Notes: generated by a model not told the origin, from the sequence alone. DNA of 59,253 nt, filler included, from 3 parts of 3 records of this genome joined end to end with filler, not necessarily neighbours in it; one strand, 5' to 3'. Positions 49,922 through 59,253 are shown, numbered from the whole stretch's first letter. Made by a program: numbers and translations.

Positions 49922-50416
49922 TTATTGCAGAGCGTCGCCAGTGTGCGATGCCTGGATCAAGCCGATGCGCTCGACCAGGAAGTAGGTCTTCTCGCGGTAG
50001 CTGTACCAGATCATCTGACCGCTGCTCCACTCCTCGACGCGGTAGGCGCTCAAGGTGCCATTTCCGCCCGAGCGGAAGTGGAGGTTGCGCCCATCGAGCC
50101 ACCACTTCCCGCTCACAGCGCCCGAAAACGCCGCGCGCTGTTGGTAGACAAAGCTCCCGGTCTTATCCAGCGCCCAGGCCATGTCCCCATTGTTCTTGTA
50201 GCCCTTTCCATCAGCCGAAGAGCGCGTCTCCTTGTATTGCCACTGGCCTATGAGGAGCGCCTCGAGCTGGGTGGATTGCTCCTTCTCGAGCGGCGCGGGT
50301 TGGACCGAGACGCTGTTATTCTGCGTCCCGAAGCAAGCCAGGATACTCAGGCAGAGCGCGCAGAGCACGAGCGCAGGGATTCGGTAAGACGAGTGCTTCA
50401 TGGAGGTTCGCTTCAT
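49922..50416 (-). CDS. Lipocalin-like lipoprotein
   Basis: Lipobox-like ILAC; LIGQW and SGKW beta-barrel motifs; start at 50416 or 50401. Confidence 0.6.
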   Translation of the reverse strand: MKRTSMKHSSYRIPALVLCALCLSILACFGTQNNSVSVQPAPLEKEQSTQLEALLIGQWQYKETRSSADGKGYKNNGDMAWALDKTGSFVYQQRAAFSGAVSGKWWLDGRNLHFRSGGNGTLSAYRVEEWSSGQMIWYSYREKTYFLVERIGLIQASHTGDALQ

Positions 50417-50481
50417 CGGACTTCTCGTTTTGGACCCGCAGACAACACAACAATGACATTTGTCTGCGCTCCCAGTGGACA

Positions 50482-53151
50482 TCAGGGCGCCATCATACAC
50501 ATCGCTGGCAAATCACCAAAGGTCGAGAAGTCATCCACCGTCATCGCCTTCTCGTAATAGAGCGTGTAGTCGAACGCGGTGGTCCCATCATAGTAGGTCG
50601 CGAAGTCACAGCGTCGCAGCGTCATGTCTGCCCACTCCGACGAGCTCGGCTCGGTGTCTGTCTTGCCAAAGGCGTCGAGCACATCGCCAGGAGTATCCGG
50701 GATGTCATTGCCGTCCGGGTCATTGAAGATGATCAGGCGATCGTTCCCGTTGAAGTTAACGACCGTCGACGAGTAATCGCAATCGGTGGCGTCGACCTTG
50801 GACATGTCGATTTGAGGCTGGCAAATGCCCGTGACCTCGGAGCTAAGGAGCATCCCGGTCAAGTCGAGCGTCGCGCCGCAAGCCGTGTTCCCGTTGGAGA
50901 CAAGGCAGACCTTGATGTCAGTCAGGTCGAGATCAGTCATCCCGCAGTTGTAGAGTTCGAGCGCCTTGTTGTTCGAGGTCCCCTCGATGTACTCCGAGAT
51001 CTTGAGGCAATCGCCAGGCTGCGTCGTGGTCATCCCGGCGTTGAGCGTGATGCTCGCTGGCGCGCTGTCCAGCATGCCGTCGTTGACCACCAACTCGATG
51101 ACATAGGCGCCATCGAGGTCTGGCGTGATGCTCGGCGTCGCCGTCATCGGATCGACCAACATCGCCGTCGAGTTCATCGGCGCGCTCGTCAGCGTCCAGG
51201 AGTAGGTCAGCGGGTCGCCCTCGGCGTCCGAGCTGTTCGAGCCGTCGAGCTGGGCGGGGTTCCCGGTGATCACGTTTCGGTTCGAGCCAGCCACCGCGAC
51301 AGGCGCCGTATTCACCGTCATGCCGGAGCAAAAGCCCGCAGGCGTCGGCTCGCCGAGGTTGCTAAAGTCATCGATCACGCCAGTGTCACGGTAGGTCGAG
51401 ATGTCGAACATCGTCTGGCCATCGTAACGTGCGTTATCACAACGTCGCAGGCTGATGTCTTCCCATGGCTTGCTGCTTGGCTGGATGGTCGTCTCGCCGA
51501 AGGCATCCAGGACATCCGTGCTGGTGTTCGGTTGACCATCGCCGTCAGGGTCCTGGAAGACCACCAGGCGATCGTCCCCGTTGAAGTTCGTCGTCGTCGA
51601 TGTGTAGTCGCACTTGGAGAGGTCGGCCACCGAACTGCTCAGTTGTGTCTGGCAGAACGCCAACACATCGCCTGCGGCGAGCGTGCCGCTCAGTGTCTCG
51701 GTCGAGCCGCAGTCCTGATCTGCGTTGGCGACGAGGCAGACCTTGATGTCAGTCAGGTCGAGGTCGCTCATCCCGCAGTTCTCGATCTCGAAGGCTTTGT
51801 TGTTCGCGGTTCCTTCGATGTACTCCGAGAAGCGAACACATGGAGGTTGAATGAGCGCGGCGGTGAGCGTGGTTTGCACGGGCATCGAGTTGAACGTCCC
51901 ATCATTCACGGTCAGGCGAACGACGTAGTCTCCTTCCTGGTCAGGTGTCAGCTTTGGCGTCGCCGTCGAGGCGCCCTGGAGCAGCACCGTGCTACCAGCA
52001 GGGCTGCTCAACAGCAGCCAGCTGTAGGTGAGGGAGTCCCCATCATCATCGTAGCTGCCAGTACCATCGAGCGTGTAGGGCTGCCCGAGCGGGATAATCG
52101 CGGCCGGGGGCGCGACAGCCACAGGTGGCGAGGTCATCTCGGAGGTGACTTCGATCGCGACCGTGTCAGGGGCGCTGAACTCTGTGCCATCATCGACGAC
52201 GAGCTGGATCTCGTAGCGTCCACCGACGTCCGGTGTAAACGAAGGTGCGCTTGTGGTTTCGCCAGTTAGCGTCGCGGCGCTTTCGGGAGGTTGCGTGCTG
52301 ATGGTCCACTGGTAAGTCAGCGCGTCACCATCGTCATCGTAGCTCCCAGTGCCATCGAGCGTGATGGCCATCCCGAGGTCGATCATCTGGTCCATGCCAG
52401 CATCGGCGACAGGCGGTGTGTTGGTCGGCGTGACATCCTGGATGGTGAGCGTGACCGAATCCGGCGCGCTGGCGAGCTCGCCGTCGTTGACCACGAGCTC
52501 GACCTCGTAGGTTCCGGGGGTATCGGTCACGAGCGCTGTCGATGCCGCGGTCGGATCTTCGAGCGATGCGCTCGCGCCATCGGGTTGGCTGGTGATGGTC
52601 CACTTGTAGGTGAGCTCGTCGCCGTTGGGGTCCGAGCTGCCTGTGCCATCGAGCGTCAAGGTCTGGTCGAGGAAATAGGTCGCGTCGACGCCTGCGTCCG
52701 CGACGGGAGCCTCGTTGACCGGGGTGGTGCGCTCGGCGACGCGCACATACACGCGCGCCAGATCGCTGTCCTCGGTGCCGTCGTTGACGACGAGATCGAG
52801 TTGGTAGTCACCAGGAACATCAGGAACGAATGAGGCGCGGAATTGATCCGCGTTCATCAGCTCGACCTCACTCCCTTCTGGAGGGAAGATCGACCACGCG
52901 ACCGTGAGCACGTCGCCATCGGCGTCCGTGCTTTGCGCGGCGGAGACCTCGACCGTGTCGCCGACATAGGCGACCTGGTTCGAGCCTGCGTCCGCGACCG
53001 GCTTGGTGTTGGAGGGGGTCGTGGAGTTGTTCTCCATCGCGTTATTTTCTGTCGGCGTCTCTTCCTCAGGGGGGCAACCAGTGAGTGTGAGAAGCACGAG
53101 GCAGAAGAAGATGGGGAGCGAGCGGTCGAGATGATGGCGTGTGTTCACCAT
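50482..53151 (-). CDS. Surface lipoprotein with five PKD/REJ-like Ig domains and two lamin-tail-like domains
   Basis: Lipobox LTGC; repeats PVA(D/V)AG...LDG..S.D.DGD.LTY.W; two (F/I)SEYIEGT.NNKA.E..N domains. Confidence 0.85.
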   Translation of the reverse strand: MVNTRHHLDRSLPIFFCLVLLTLTGCPPEEETPTENNAMENNSTTPSNTKPVADAGSNQVAYVGDTVEVSAAQSTDADGDVLTVAWSIFPPEGSEVELMNADQFRASFVPDVPGDYQLDLVVNDGTEDSDLARVYVRVAERTTPVNEAPVADAGVDATYFLDQTLTLDGTGSSDPNGDELTYKWTITSQPDGASASLEDPTAASTALVTDTPGTYEVELVVNDGELASAPDSVTLTIQDVTPTNTPPVADAGMDQMIDLGMAITLDGTGSYDDDGDALTYQWTISTQPPESAATLTGETTSAPSFTPDVGGRYEIQLVVDDGTEFSAPDTVAIEVTSEMTSPPVAVAPPAAIIPLGQPYTLDGTGSYDDDGDSLTYSWLLLSSPAGSTVLLQGASTATPKLTPDQEGDYVVRLTVNDGTFNSMPVQTTLTAALIQPPCVRFSEYIEGTANNKAFEIENCGMSDLDLTDIKVCLVANADQDCGSTETLSGTLAAGDVLAFCQTQLSSSVADLSKCDYTSTTTNFNGDDRLVVFQDPDGDGQPNTSTDVLDAFGETTIQPSSKPWEDISLRRCDNARYDGQTMFDISTYRDTGVIDDFSNLGEPTPAGFCSGMTVNTAPVAVAGSNRNVITGNPAQLDGSNSSDAEGDPLTYSWTLTSAPMNSTAMLVDPMTATPSITPDLDGAYVIELVVNDGMLDSAPASITLNAGMTTTQPGDCLKISEYIEGTSNNKALELYNCGMTDLDLTDIKVCLVSNGNTACGATLDLTGMLLSSEVTGICQPQIDMSKVDATDCDYSSTVVNFNGNDRLIIFNDPDGNDIPDTPGDVLDAFGKTDTEPSSSEWADMTLRRCDFATYYDGTTAFDYTLYYEKAMTVDDFSTFGDLPAMCMMAP

Positions 53152-53394
53152 ATCCTCCATGGGGGAGCGGGCGAGATCTGGACCGAGGCGCACTGCCCTC
53201 GGCATCGATGTTCCCACTATTAGCCAGGGTCGGCGATCATTTCAATCACTGAAGGTGACAACGCGGCAAACCCTGTGTGCACGCGCCTCGCTTCGAACAA
53301 GAAAGCCGAGGGCTTCGCTGGACAGATCCGCCCCTGGTGATCACCATCAGGGGGGCATCGGTGCTCTTTTTTTCCTCCATGTGATGAGGTTGGC

Positions 53395-54069
53395 GTGAAC
53401 AAGAAGATGGTCTGGGTCGGTCTCTTATCCCTTGCGGTGTTGCTCGCGGGAGGGATCGCTTTTTACATCTCCACGCAGGAAGATCTGACCTCTTCGGGGG
53501 GCAACGATGAGAAAGGCGCAAAGGTTGAAGAGGACGCCATCGAGATCGTCACGACGACATCCGCTGGCCAAAAAGACACAGCGATCGCAGGCGATGGCGC
53601 ATCGGGCGGCGCTGGCTCGACCAGCGCCGCGGGGAGCGGGCAGGGTGGCCAAAAGGTGCCAGGCGATGGCCTCTCGGATGAGGAGCGCGAGGCGCGCGCG
53701 ATCGAGCTCGCGCGCGCTGCCGGTAACGCAGAGCCAGGAGCGCGAGGCGACGCGAAGGTGGTCTCCAAAGCAGACATCATGGAGGCGATCACGCGCGTCA
53801 AACCGCTCGTCAAGGACTGCTACGACAGGATGCTCGATGACTTCCCCGATGCCGAAGGCAAGATCGTCGTCCAACTCAAGGTCAAGGCGATCGAAGGCAT
53901 CGGAGAGGTCGAGGCGGTCAAGGTTGGCGAGGACGAGAAGACAGACCTCTTCGACACCAAAATGCATGAATGCATGAGTGATGTCCTGGGGCTGGTGACC
54001 TTTCCCATCGAGGGGGAAGAGGACGCCGAGGTCATCGTCAACTACCCGTTTAGCTTCCAGAAAAAGTAA
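53395..54069 (+). CDS. Membrane-anchored protein with AgmX/PglI (TonB-C-like) C-terminal domain
   Basis: N-terminal TM helix, Gly/Ser linker, VKDCY....PDAEGKIVV...EC......TFP...VNYPFSF. Confidence 0.8.
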   Translation: MNKKMVWVGLLSLAVLLAGGIAFYISTQEDLTSSGGNDEKGAKVEEDAIEIVTTTSAGQKDTAIAGDGASGGAGSTSAAGSGQGGQKVPGDGLSDEEREARAIELARAAGNAEPGARGDAKVVSKADIMEAITRVKPLVKDCYDRMLDDFPDAEGKIVVQLKVKAIEGIGEVEAVKVGEDEKTDLFDTKMHECMSDVLGLVTFPIEGEEDAEVIVNYPFSFQKK

Positions 54070-54082
54070 GAGCTTCTTTGTC

Positions 54083-54110
54083 GAGCGAGGCGAGCAGGCT
54101 CACCTCGCTC
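54083..54110. terminator. Hairpin between convergent genes
   Basis: GAGCGAGGCGAG-cagg-CTCACCTCGCTC. Confidence 0.5.
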
Positions 54111-54140
54111 TTGCTGAACTGCTGTTTTGATCGAATCGGT

Positions 54141-55844
54141 TTATCGGCTGCAGTCGACGAGTGGCAGGAGGTCCTGGCCGCGACCGTATTGTTCGTCGGC
54201 GGGGTAGCCATTGCCCTCGAGGATGTCGATCAGCAGCCCCTCGATCATGCCGCTGCTGGTGAAGTCATCCTCGTTGTCGTGCCTGACACACAGGAACTTC
54301 GACTCACCGCAGACATCGTAATCCTCGCAATCATCGCGGCGAGCGAGCGGGGCCTTGAGCGTCGCCTCGCCGTAGTAGGCTTCGCCATCGATGAGGACGA
54401 GGCGCACGTCATCCGCGTTGCTCTCGAGGAGTTGGGTGTAGGGATCCTGACCTTCGGACTTGCGCGTGAAGACGACGATGTCCGCGGTCATTCCTTCACT
54501 GAGCGTGCCGACATGCTGTTGCAGGCCGACGACCTCGGCGCCCTGGCTCGTGGCCATCTCCCACAACACTCGCGACGTGATGCTCGACGCGCCATTCTCA
54601 CTGGCCCACTGTTTGGCGAACTGCATCTCGCCGAGCATGTTGTCCTCGCCAGAGATCGTCCAGTCCGGGCCGAGCCCGACGGTGATGCCGAGCTCGAGGA
54701 TCTTTTCGATGTCTGTGGTGCGTCCATAGAGGACCATGTTGCTCGATGGGGACCAGACGATTTTGGAGTTTGTCTGTTTTACCTCGTCGAACTGCGTCGC
54801 GGTGAGCGCGACGCTGTGGATAAGAACCGCGGTCTCCTTGTAGAGCAGCGAGAGCCCCTGGTGGCGCTCGATGCTTCGCTCATCTCTTCCCGCGAAGCTG
54901 TCGAACTCCTTCTCGATATTGTCCCCCTCGTAACCTTCGCCCATGTGCACGGCGAAGCGCGTCACAGGCTCCGGGCTCGCGTCGAAGGAGTCGATATACC
55001 CCTGCGCGGCCTCGGTGTTGATGTCACGAACCGAGCCTATGGAGGTGCGCATGTGATCGTACTGGAGTTGGTGGTCGTGATCCGCGTTGCGCACGCCACC
55101 CTGGGTGCAGGTGCGCTCGAAGGATTGCCCCATCATCGTCGTGGTGCCATGGAGCAGCGAGCGAAGCTCTCCCCAGCGCGCGGCGGGGCAGAAGTGTGAG
55201 TTCGAGGAGCGGTGCGCGGTCAGCGGCCTGACGAACTCCTCGTAGCTCGGGTCGTCCGCCCATTGATAGCGGTTGGTGAAGAGTTGGTTGTTTGGAGGAA
55301 CCCACTCTTTGAGGAAGTTGTAGGGGAGGTGGTTGTGGCTATCGATCAGGCCCGGGGAGATGATCCCGTGCGTGTCGATGATGATCGCGCCGCTCGCTTC
55401 CGGTCGGCCGACGCAACCCGTGCCCACGCAGGTGATGAAGGTGTTCTCGATGAGGACCTCTCCATTCTCGAGCGGCCCTTGTGGGGTGAGCACCAGCCCT
55501 CGGAGCAAGATCTTGTTCTTGCTGTCTCCCGCGCTGACTTCCAGAGGTTTCGGGTAATCCCCCTGCACCACCATCATGTCCGGGCGCATGTCCTCTGGCG
55601 GCGTGTCCATGTCCTCGCCGGGCGGCGTGTTCATGTCACCGGGGGGATTGTTCCCCATGTCTTCGAGCGGAAAGTCGGGGAAGATGATCGGCATGTCTGC
55701 CTCTTCCCCGGTGTCATCGCCTCCCATATCCAGATCGTTGTTGGGCGTGACGGGCGATGGGTCCGGTCCCACGGCGCATGCGACCTGGGTGAGGATGCTC
55801 GCGGCGAGGAATAGGATGGAGGTGGTGCGCATCGGCTCTCTCAT
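54141..55844 (-). CDS. Metal-dependent amidohydrolase (deaminase-like) lipoprotein with Asp-Met/Pro-rich linker
   Basis: Lipobox-like QVAC; PGLIDSHNH, VHMGEG, LIHS, WSPSSN, LGPDW and G..ADIV motifs. Confidence 0.85.
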   Translation of the reverse strand: MREPMRTTSILFLAASILTQVACAVGPDPSPVTPNNDLDMGGDDTGEEADMPIIFPDFPLEDMGNNPPGDMNTPPGEDMDTPPEDMRPDMMVVQGDYPKPLEVSAGDSKNKILLRGLVLTPQGPLENGEVLIENTFITCVGTGCVGRPEASGAIIIDTHGIISPGLIDSHNHLPYNFLKEWVPPNNQLFTNRYQWADDPSYEEFVRPLTAHRSSNSHFCPAARWGELRSLLHGTTTMMGQSFERTCTQGGVRNADHDHQLQYDHMRTSIGSVRDINTEAAQGYIDSFDASPEPVTRFAVHMGEGYEGDNIEKEFDSFAGRDERSIERHQGLSLLYKETAVLIHSVALTATQFDEVKQTNSKIVWSPSSNMVLYGRTTDIEKILELGITVGLGPDWTISGEDNMLGEMQFAKQWASENGASSITSRVLWEMATSQGAEVVGLQQHVGTLSEGMTADIVVFTRKSEGQDPYTQLLESNADDVRLVLIDGEAYYGEATLKAPLARRDDCEDYDVCGESKFLCVRHDNEDDFTSSGMIEGLLIDILEGNGYPADEQYGRGQDLLPLVDCSR

Positions 55845-55944
55845 GACGTTGGCTTTTCAATCTACCAAACGTTACCGGAGAGCGAAGTCGAGTTCCATCC
55901 CGTTGTGTGCCAAGTACGTCACGCGACCGCGAGTTTCTGCAGAA

Positions 55945-56631
55945 TCAGGCAGGAATCGACCAGTCGATCGGGTCCTTGCCCATTCCTTCGAGCGCCTCGT
56001 TCACCTTGGAGTATGGCGAGGTGCCAAAGAAGCCGTTGTGCGCCGAGAGTGGCGAGGGGTGCGCGCTCTGGACGATGGTGTGGCGGTCGGTGTCGATGTG
56101 CTTGGACTTTTTCTTGGCCGAGCCACCCCAGAGGATGAAGACCAGCGGATCTTCGCGCTCGTTCATCTTCTTGATGACGGCGTCGGTGAACTTCTCCCAC
56201 CCTTGCTTGCGGTGCGAGTTCGCTTCCTTGTGGCGCACGGTGAGGACCGTGTTCAGGAGCATCACGCCTTGCTCGGCCCAGTGCTCGAGCGAACCGTGGT
56301 CAGGGGGATCGATGCCAAGATCTGATGCGAGCTCCTTGTACATGTTGCGAAGGCTCGGCGGGATGCTCACGCCTTTCTCCACCGAGAAGCTCAGGCCATG
56401 CGCCTGGCCAGGGCCGTGGTAAGGGTCCTGGCCGATCAGCACGACCTTGACGTCGGCGTAGTCTGCGAAGTTGAGCGCCGCGAAGACCTTGTCTTCGGGA
56501 GGATAGATCTTGCCGGGGTTGTCGGCGCGCTCTTGCTCGACGAAGGTCTCGAGCTTGGACCAGTAGGGCTTCTCGAATTCGTCAGCGAGCAGCTCTTGCC
56601 AGGATGCGGACAACGTGTCTTGGAGTGCCAT
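55945..56631 (-). CDS. ung: Uracil-DNA glycosylase, family 1
   Basis: GQDPYH, PPSLRN, LLNTVLTV and HPSPLS motifs; GGAGG RBS before ATG 56631. Confidence 0.96.
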   Translation of the reverse strand: MALQDTLSASWQELLADEFEKPYWSKLETFVEQERADNPGKIYPPEDKVFAALNFADYADVKVVLIGQDPYHGPGQAHGLSFSVEKGVSIPPSLRNMYKELASDLGIDPPDHGSLEHWAEQGVMLLNTVLTVRHKEANSHRKQGWEKFTDAVIKKMNEREDPLVFILWGGSAKKKSKHIDTDRHTIVQSAHPSPLSAHNGFFGTSPYSKVNEALEGMGKDPIDWSIPA

Positions 56632-56856
56632 GGTCAGTTCCTCCCGATGAAAAATCAAAATCGCAGATGTTCGTAAGTCGTGAATGAAGATACGCGAGAT
56701 GCGCGGGCGCGCAAGTGTCATAACGATCGTTATGCTGGCGAAGAAAGAGGTCTCTCTGGCTGCCGCATTTTATGGCGCGGTGACGTTTAAGTGTCGAGGA
56801 CGGGGTGTCGTTGGTGCAAATCGTTGAGGTCATGATGCTCCGTCTGGGAGAGAGGG

Positions 56857-57612
56857 ATGCGACAACCATATGACGCTAAAAACAAACGCCAGATACCCCG
56901 ACATGAGCTCGAGCGCCTCGAGGCGCTCTACGCGCTCGAGGGTTTCGTTGGTGGGGATGAGGAGCTCCATTACGACGAGCTCGTCCACCATATCGCGGCG
57001 ATCTGTCAGGTGCCCATGGCGGCATTTTCGCTCGTCGACATCGATCGCCAGTGGTTCAAGGCGGGCGTTGGGCTCGACGTCCGCCAGACGCCACGCGAAG
57101 GGTCGTTCTGCGACCACGCGATCCGGCAAAGAGAGCTGTTCATGATCGAGGACGCGCGCTGCGATCATCGCTTTCACGATCACCCGATGGTCACCGGGGC
57201 GCCGCATGTGCGCTTTTACGCGGGGCAAACTATCTTTGGGATAAACGGCCACCCGATCGGGACGCTCTGCGTGCTGGATCAGCAGCCGCGCGAGCTGACG
57301 ACCGAGCAGCAGCTCGAGCTCAAGCTCCTGGCGCATCGCATCGAGGAGACGTTTAGCGCGCGGCTGCTGCCTGATGACGCGGCGCGAGAGCACCTCGTGC
57401 GCGGGTTCTACGCGAGCATCACCTCGAACTGCGACTGGCTTTGTTCGGTGGTTCAGGAGGAGGACCTCATCGAGGCGCTCGAGGACATCCGCAGCGCGGC
57501 TGCTTCGATGATGCATCTTAGCCGTGCCCTCGGCGACGAGCCGTTCGATGAGGACACCGAGGAGTGGGAGGTCGACATCATGGCCGAGACCGCCGAGGCG
57601 TTCCCGATGTAA
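56857..57612 (+). CDS. GAF-domain protein
   Basis: RLEAL, SLVD.DRQWFK, SFCDHAI, RFYAG and GTLCVLD..PR motifs; short helical C-terminus. Confidence 0.85.
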   Translation: MRQPYDAKNKRQIPRHELERLEALYALEGFVGGDEELHYDELVHHIAAICQVPMAAFSLVDIDRQWFKAGVGLDVRQTPREGSFCDHAIRQRELFMIEDARCDHRFHDHPMVTGAPHVRFYAGQTIFGINGHPIGTLCVLDQQPRELTTEQQLELKLLAHRIEETFSARLLPDDAAREHLVRGFYASITSNCDWLCSVVQEEDLIEALEDIRSAAASMMHLSRALGDEPFDEDTEEWEVDIMAETAEAFPM

Positions 57613-57732
57613 AACTCCAAAGTTTTTCAGATCCTTTCTGGCGAGCCCGCGTTGGTAGTTCCATCGCATGCAAGCGCGTCTGCCGCGCTCCAGAAGAACT
57701 CACGACTCGAGTCAGCCGAAAGGAACCTCATC

Positions 57733-59115
57733 ATGAACACCACGCTCCCCCGCATTCTGTGCGCTGCCGCCGCGGCCACTCTCGTTCTTGCTCCCTCGCT
57801 CCTTGGCGCCCAGGCAAAACCCGACGCCAGCACATCGGGGACGCTCAATGTCAACGCCTCGCTCTCGCACAAGGTGATCCCGAATTACGCGGCGAGCGAG
57901 GTGTATGCTTCGATCAAGATCGAGGCCAGGGAGTTCGTCTCCGAGGCGAGGGCGCCATTGAACATCGCGCTCGTTATCGACCGCTCCGGTTCGATGGCCG
58001 GGGACAAGATCGCGCAGGCTCGTCAGGCTGCCGCGAGGCTCGTCGATACGCTCGGCCCAAAGGACAGGCTCTCGATCGTGACGTATTCGTCCGATGTCGA
58101 CGTGATGGTCACCTCGCTCCCTGTCACTGACGCGAACAAGGCGACCTTCCACAAGGCGATCTCGGGGTTGACCCCGGACGGGTTTACCTTCCTGAGTGGC
58201 GGGTTTGACAAGGGGTGCGAGCTCGTCTCGAACACGATCCAGGAGGGATCGGTCAATCGCGTGATCCTGATGTCGGATGGGCAGGCCAATCGCGGAGTCA
58301 CGAGCGTCGGCGCGCTCGAGCGCAAGGCCGAGGCGTGCCTGAACAAGGGCGTCTCGCTGACGACCATCGGGCTCGGGCTCGATTACAACGAGGCGCTCAT
58401 GGCGCAGATGGCGCGTGCTGGCGCGGGGAACTATCACTTCGTCGAGGACGAGCGCTCGATGGCGCGCGTCTTCGAGACCGAGGCCAAGGGGTTGACCACC
58501 ACCGTCGCCAAGAAGACCAACCTGGTGATCGATCTGGCGCCTGGCGTCGAGATGCTCAAGCTGCACGGTTACAAGTACAGGGCTAAGGGGAATAGGGTGA
58601 CGGTGCCGCTGGCCGAGTTTGTCTCCAGGCAGCGCAAAGAGATCCTCGTGCGGCTCTCGGTGTCGGCGCAAAAATCTGGCGCCAGACCGATCCTCGGGAT
58701 GCGCCTGAAGTACGAGGATATGCTCAACGCGCGTGATGTCTCCAGCAAGCTCGCGCTCTCGACCTCGGTCAGCGCCGACGAGCAGGTCGTCAAAAAGAAC
58801 GTCGAGAAGAAGGTCATCGCGCACGCTCAAAAGGTCGAGGTCGCCGACACGATGGAGCGCGCGATGGTCGAGTACGAGAAGGGGAATCAGAAGCAGGCCG
58901 CGCAGATGCTCGAGGAACAGCGCAGCAGCATGAACAAGATGCGCTCGACCTATGATTTTGCCGATGATGACGCCTTCGAGCGCGTCGAGGGCGAGCTCTC
59001 GACGATGGAGAAAGAGGTCGAGGAGGCCGCGCCGTCGTCCGCAAAGGGCAAGAAGCTTCGCAAGTCCAAGCGCAAGCGCTCCTACGACATCGCCAACGAC
59101 GCCCAGATGTTCTGA
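57733..59115 (+). CDS. Secreted von Willebrand factor A domain protein (YfbK-like)
   Basis: Signal peptide; MIDAS motif DRSGSM, plus LMSDGQAN, GLGLDYNE and G.GNY.F. Confidence 0.9.
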   Translation: MNTTLPRILCAAAAATLVLAPSLLGAQAKPDASTSGTLNVNASLSHKVIPNYAASEVYASIKIEAREFVSEARAPLNIALVIDRSGSMAGDKIAQARQAAARLVDTLGPKDRLSIVTYSSDVDVMVTSLPVTDANKATFHKAISGLTPDGFTFLSGGFDKGCELVSNTIQEGSVNRVILMSDGQANRGVTSVGALERKAEACLNKGVSLTTIGLGLDYNEALMAQMARAGAGNYHFVEDERSMARVFETEAKGLTTTVAKKTNLVIDLAPGVEMLKLHGYKYRAKGNRVTVPLAEFVSRQRKEILVRLSVSAQKSGARPILGMRLKYEDMLNARDVSSKLALSTSVSADEQVVKKNVEKKVIAHAQKVEVADTMERAMVEYEKGNQKQAAQMLEEQRSSMNKMRSTYDFADDDAFERVEGELSTMEKEVEEAAPSSAKGKKLRKSKRKRSYDIANDAQMF

Positions 59116-59253
59116 GAGTTTCCATATCGCTTGCTTGCTCGCTCCGTGGTCTCGGAGCGCCAGGTTCGCAAATCTCACTGGTCGGCGATCCCGGCACGAT
59201 ATTTGGACTTACTTCGACAGCAAAGAAGGCGCCCGAGCCATGGCTCGGGCGCC

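Noticed and set aside
50812-52833. Long plus-strand ORFs (485 aa and 180 aa)
   Set aside because: Arg-rich antisense shadows of the PKD/LTD gene.
53255-53375. c-di-GMP riboswitch or attenuator in the divergent intergenic region (GGCAAACC, hairpins, T-run)
   Set aside because: It lacks the GAAA tetraloop/receptor architecture, and the T-run is about 11 nt from the hairpin. An Rfam/Infernal scan would settle it.
54078-55199. 373-aa plus-strand ORF
   Set aside because: Antisense to the motif-bearing amidohydrolase.
57712-59178. 488-aa minus-strand ORF
   Set aside because: Antisense shadow of the VWA gene; typical of high-GC codon bias and without motifs.
1-59253. CRISPR arrays, tRNA/rRNA genes, transposases, prophage or defence genes
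   Set aside because: I recognised no regularly spaced repeats or hallmark motifs. The CAGGAT repeats are dispersed operator-like sites, not an array.

Overview
This window is not one locus. It is three unrelated contigs joined by two artificial 100-bp spacers (N44-TTAATTAATTAA-N44 at 25365-25464 and 45267-45366). Contig 1 (1-25364, AT-rich, Bacteroidota/Flavobacteriaceae-like) holds a rhamnogalacturonan/pectin utilisation cluster (GH2, CE12, GH28, DUF4450, an unassigned six-hairpin glycosidase, GH43-like, PL22-like, GH105, PL11). Embedded in it are an L-rhamnose catabolic operon (rhaEW-rhaI-rhaB-lldD-NCS1-type permease), a GntR regulator and two MITE-like elements. Contig 2 (25465-45266, intermediate GC, Alphaproteobacteria/Hyphomicrobiales-like) is a housekeeping region: parE, DEAD helicase, diguanylate cyclase, a suf operon with an Irr/ICE box, tyrS, an AsmA-like protein, bcp, DUF455, an M23 peptidase and prfB with its +1 frameshift. 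Contig 3 (45367-59253, GC-rich, Myxococcota/Bradymonadia-like) mostly encodes exported proteins: three tandem TPR-like paralogues followed by a tetraheme cytochrome c lipoprotein, a PKD/lamin-tail lipoprotein, an AgmX/PglI-tail protein, an amidohydrolase lipoprotein, ung, a GAF protein and a VWA protein. The strongest new signals are (a) a 10-bp-period CAGGAT direct repeat ahead of five transcription units of contig 1, exactly 21 nt before a -7-like promoter element in four of them, (b) an NCS1-family permease as candidate rhamnose transporter, (c) a 55-aa membrane ORF coupled to sufB that the ORF track misses, and (d) the TPR-triplet/tetraheme cytochrome cluster. All taxonomic and family calls come from motif recognition, not database searches.
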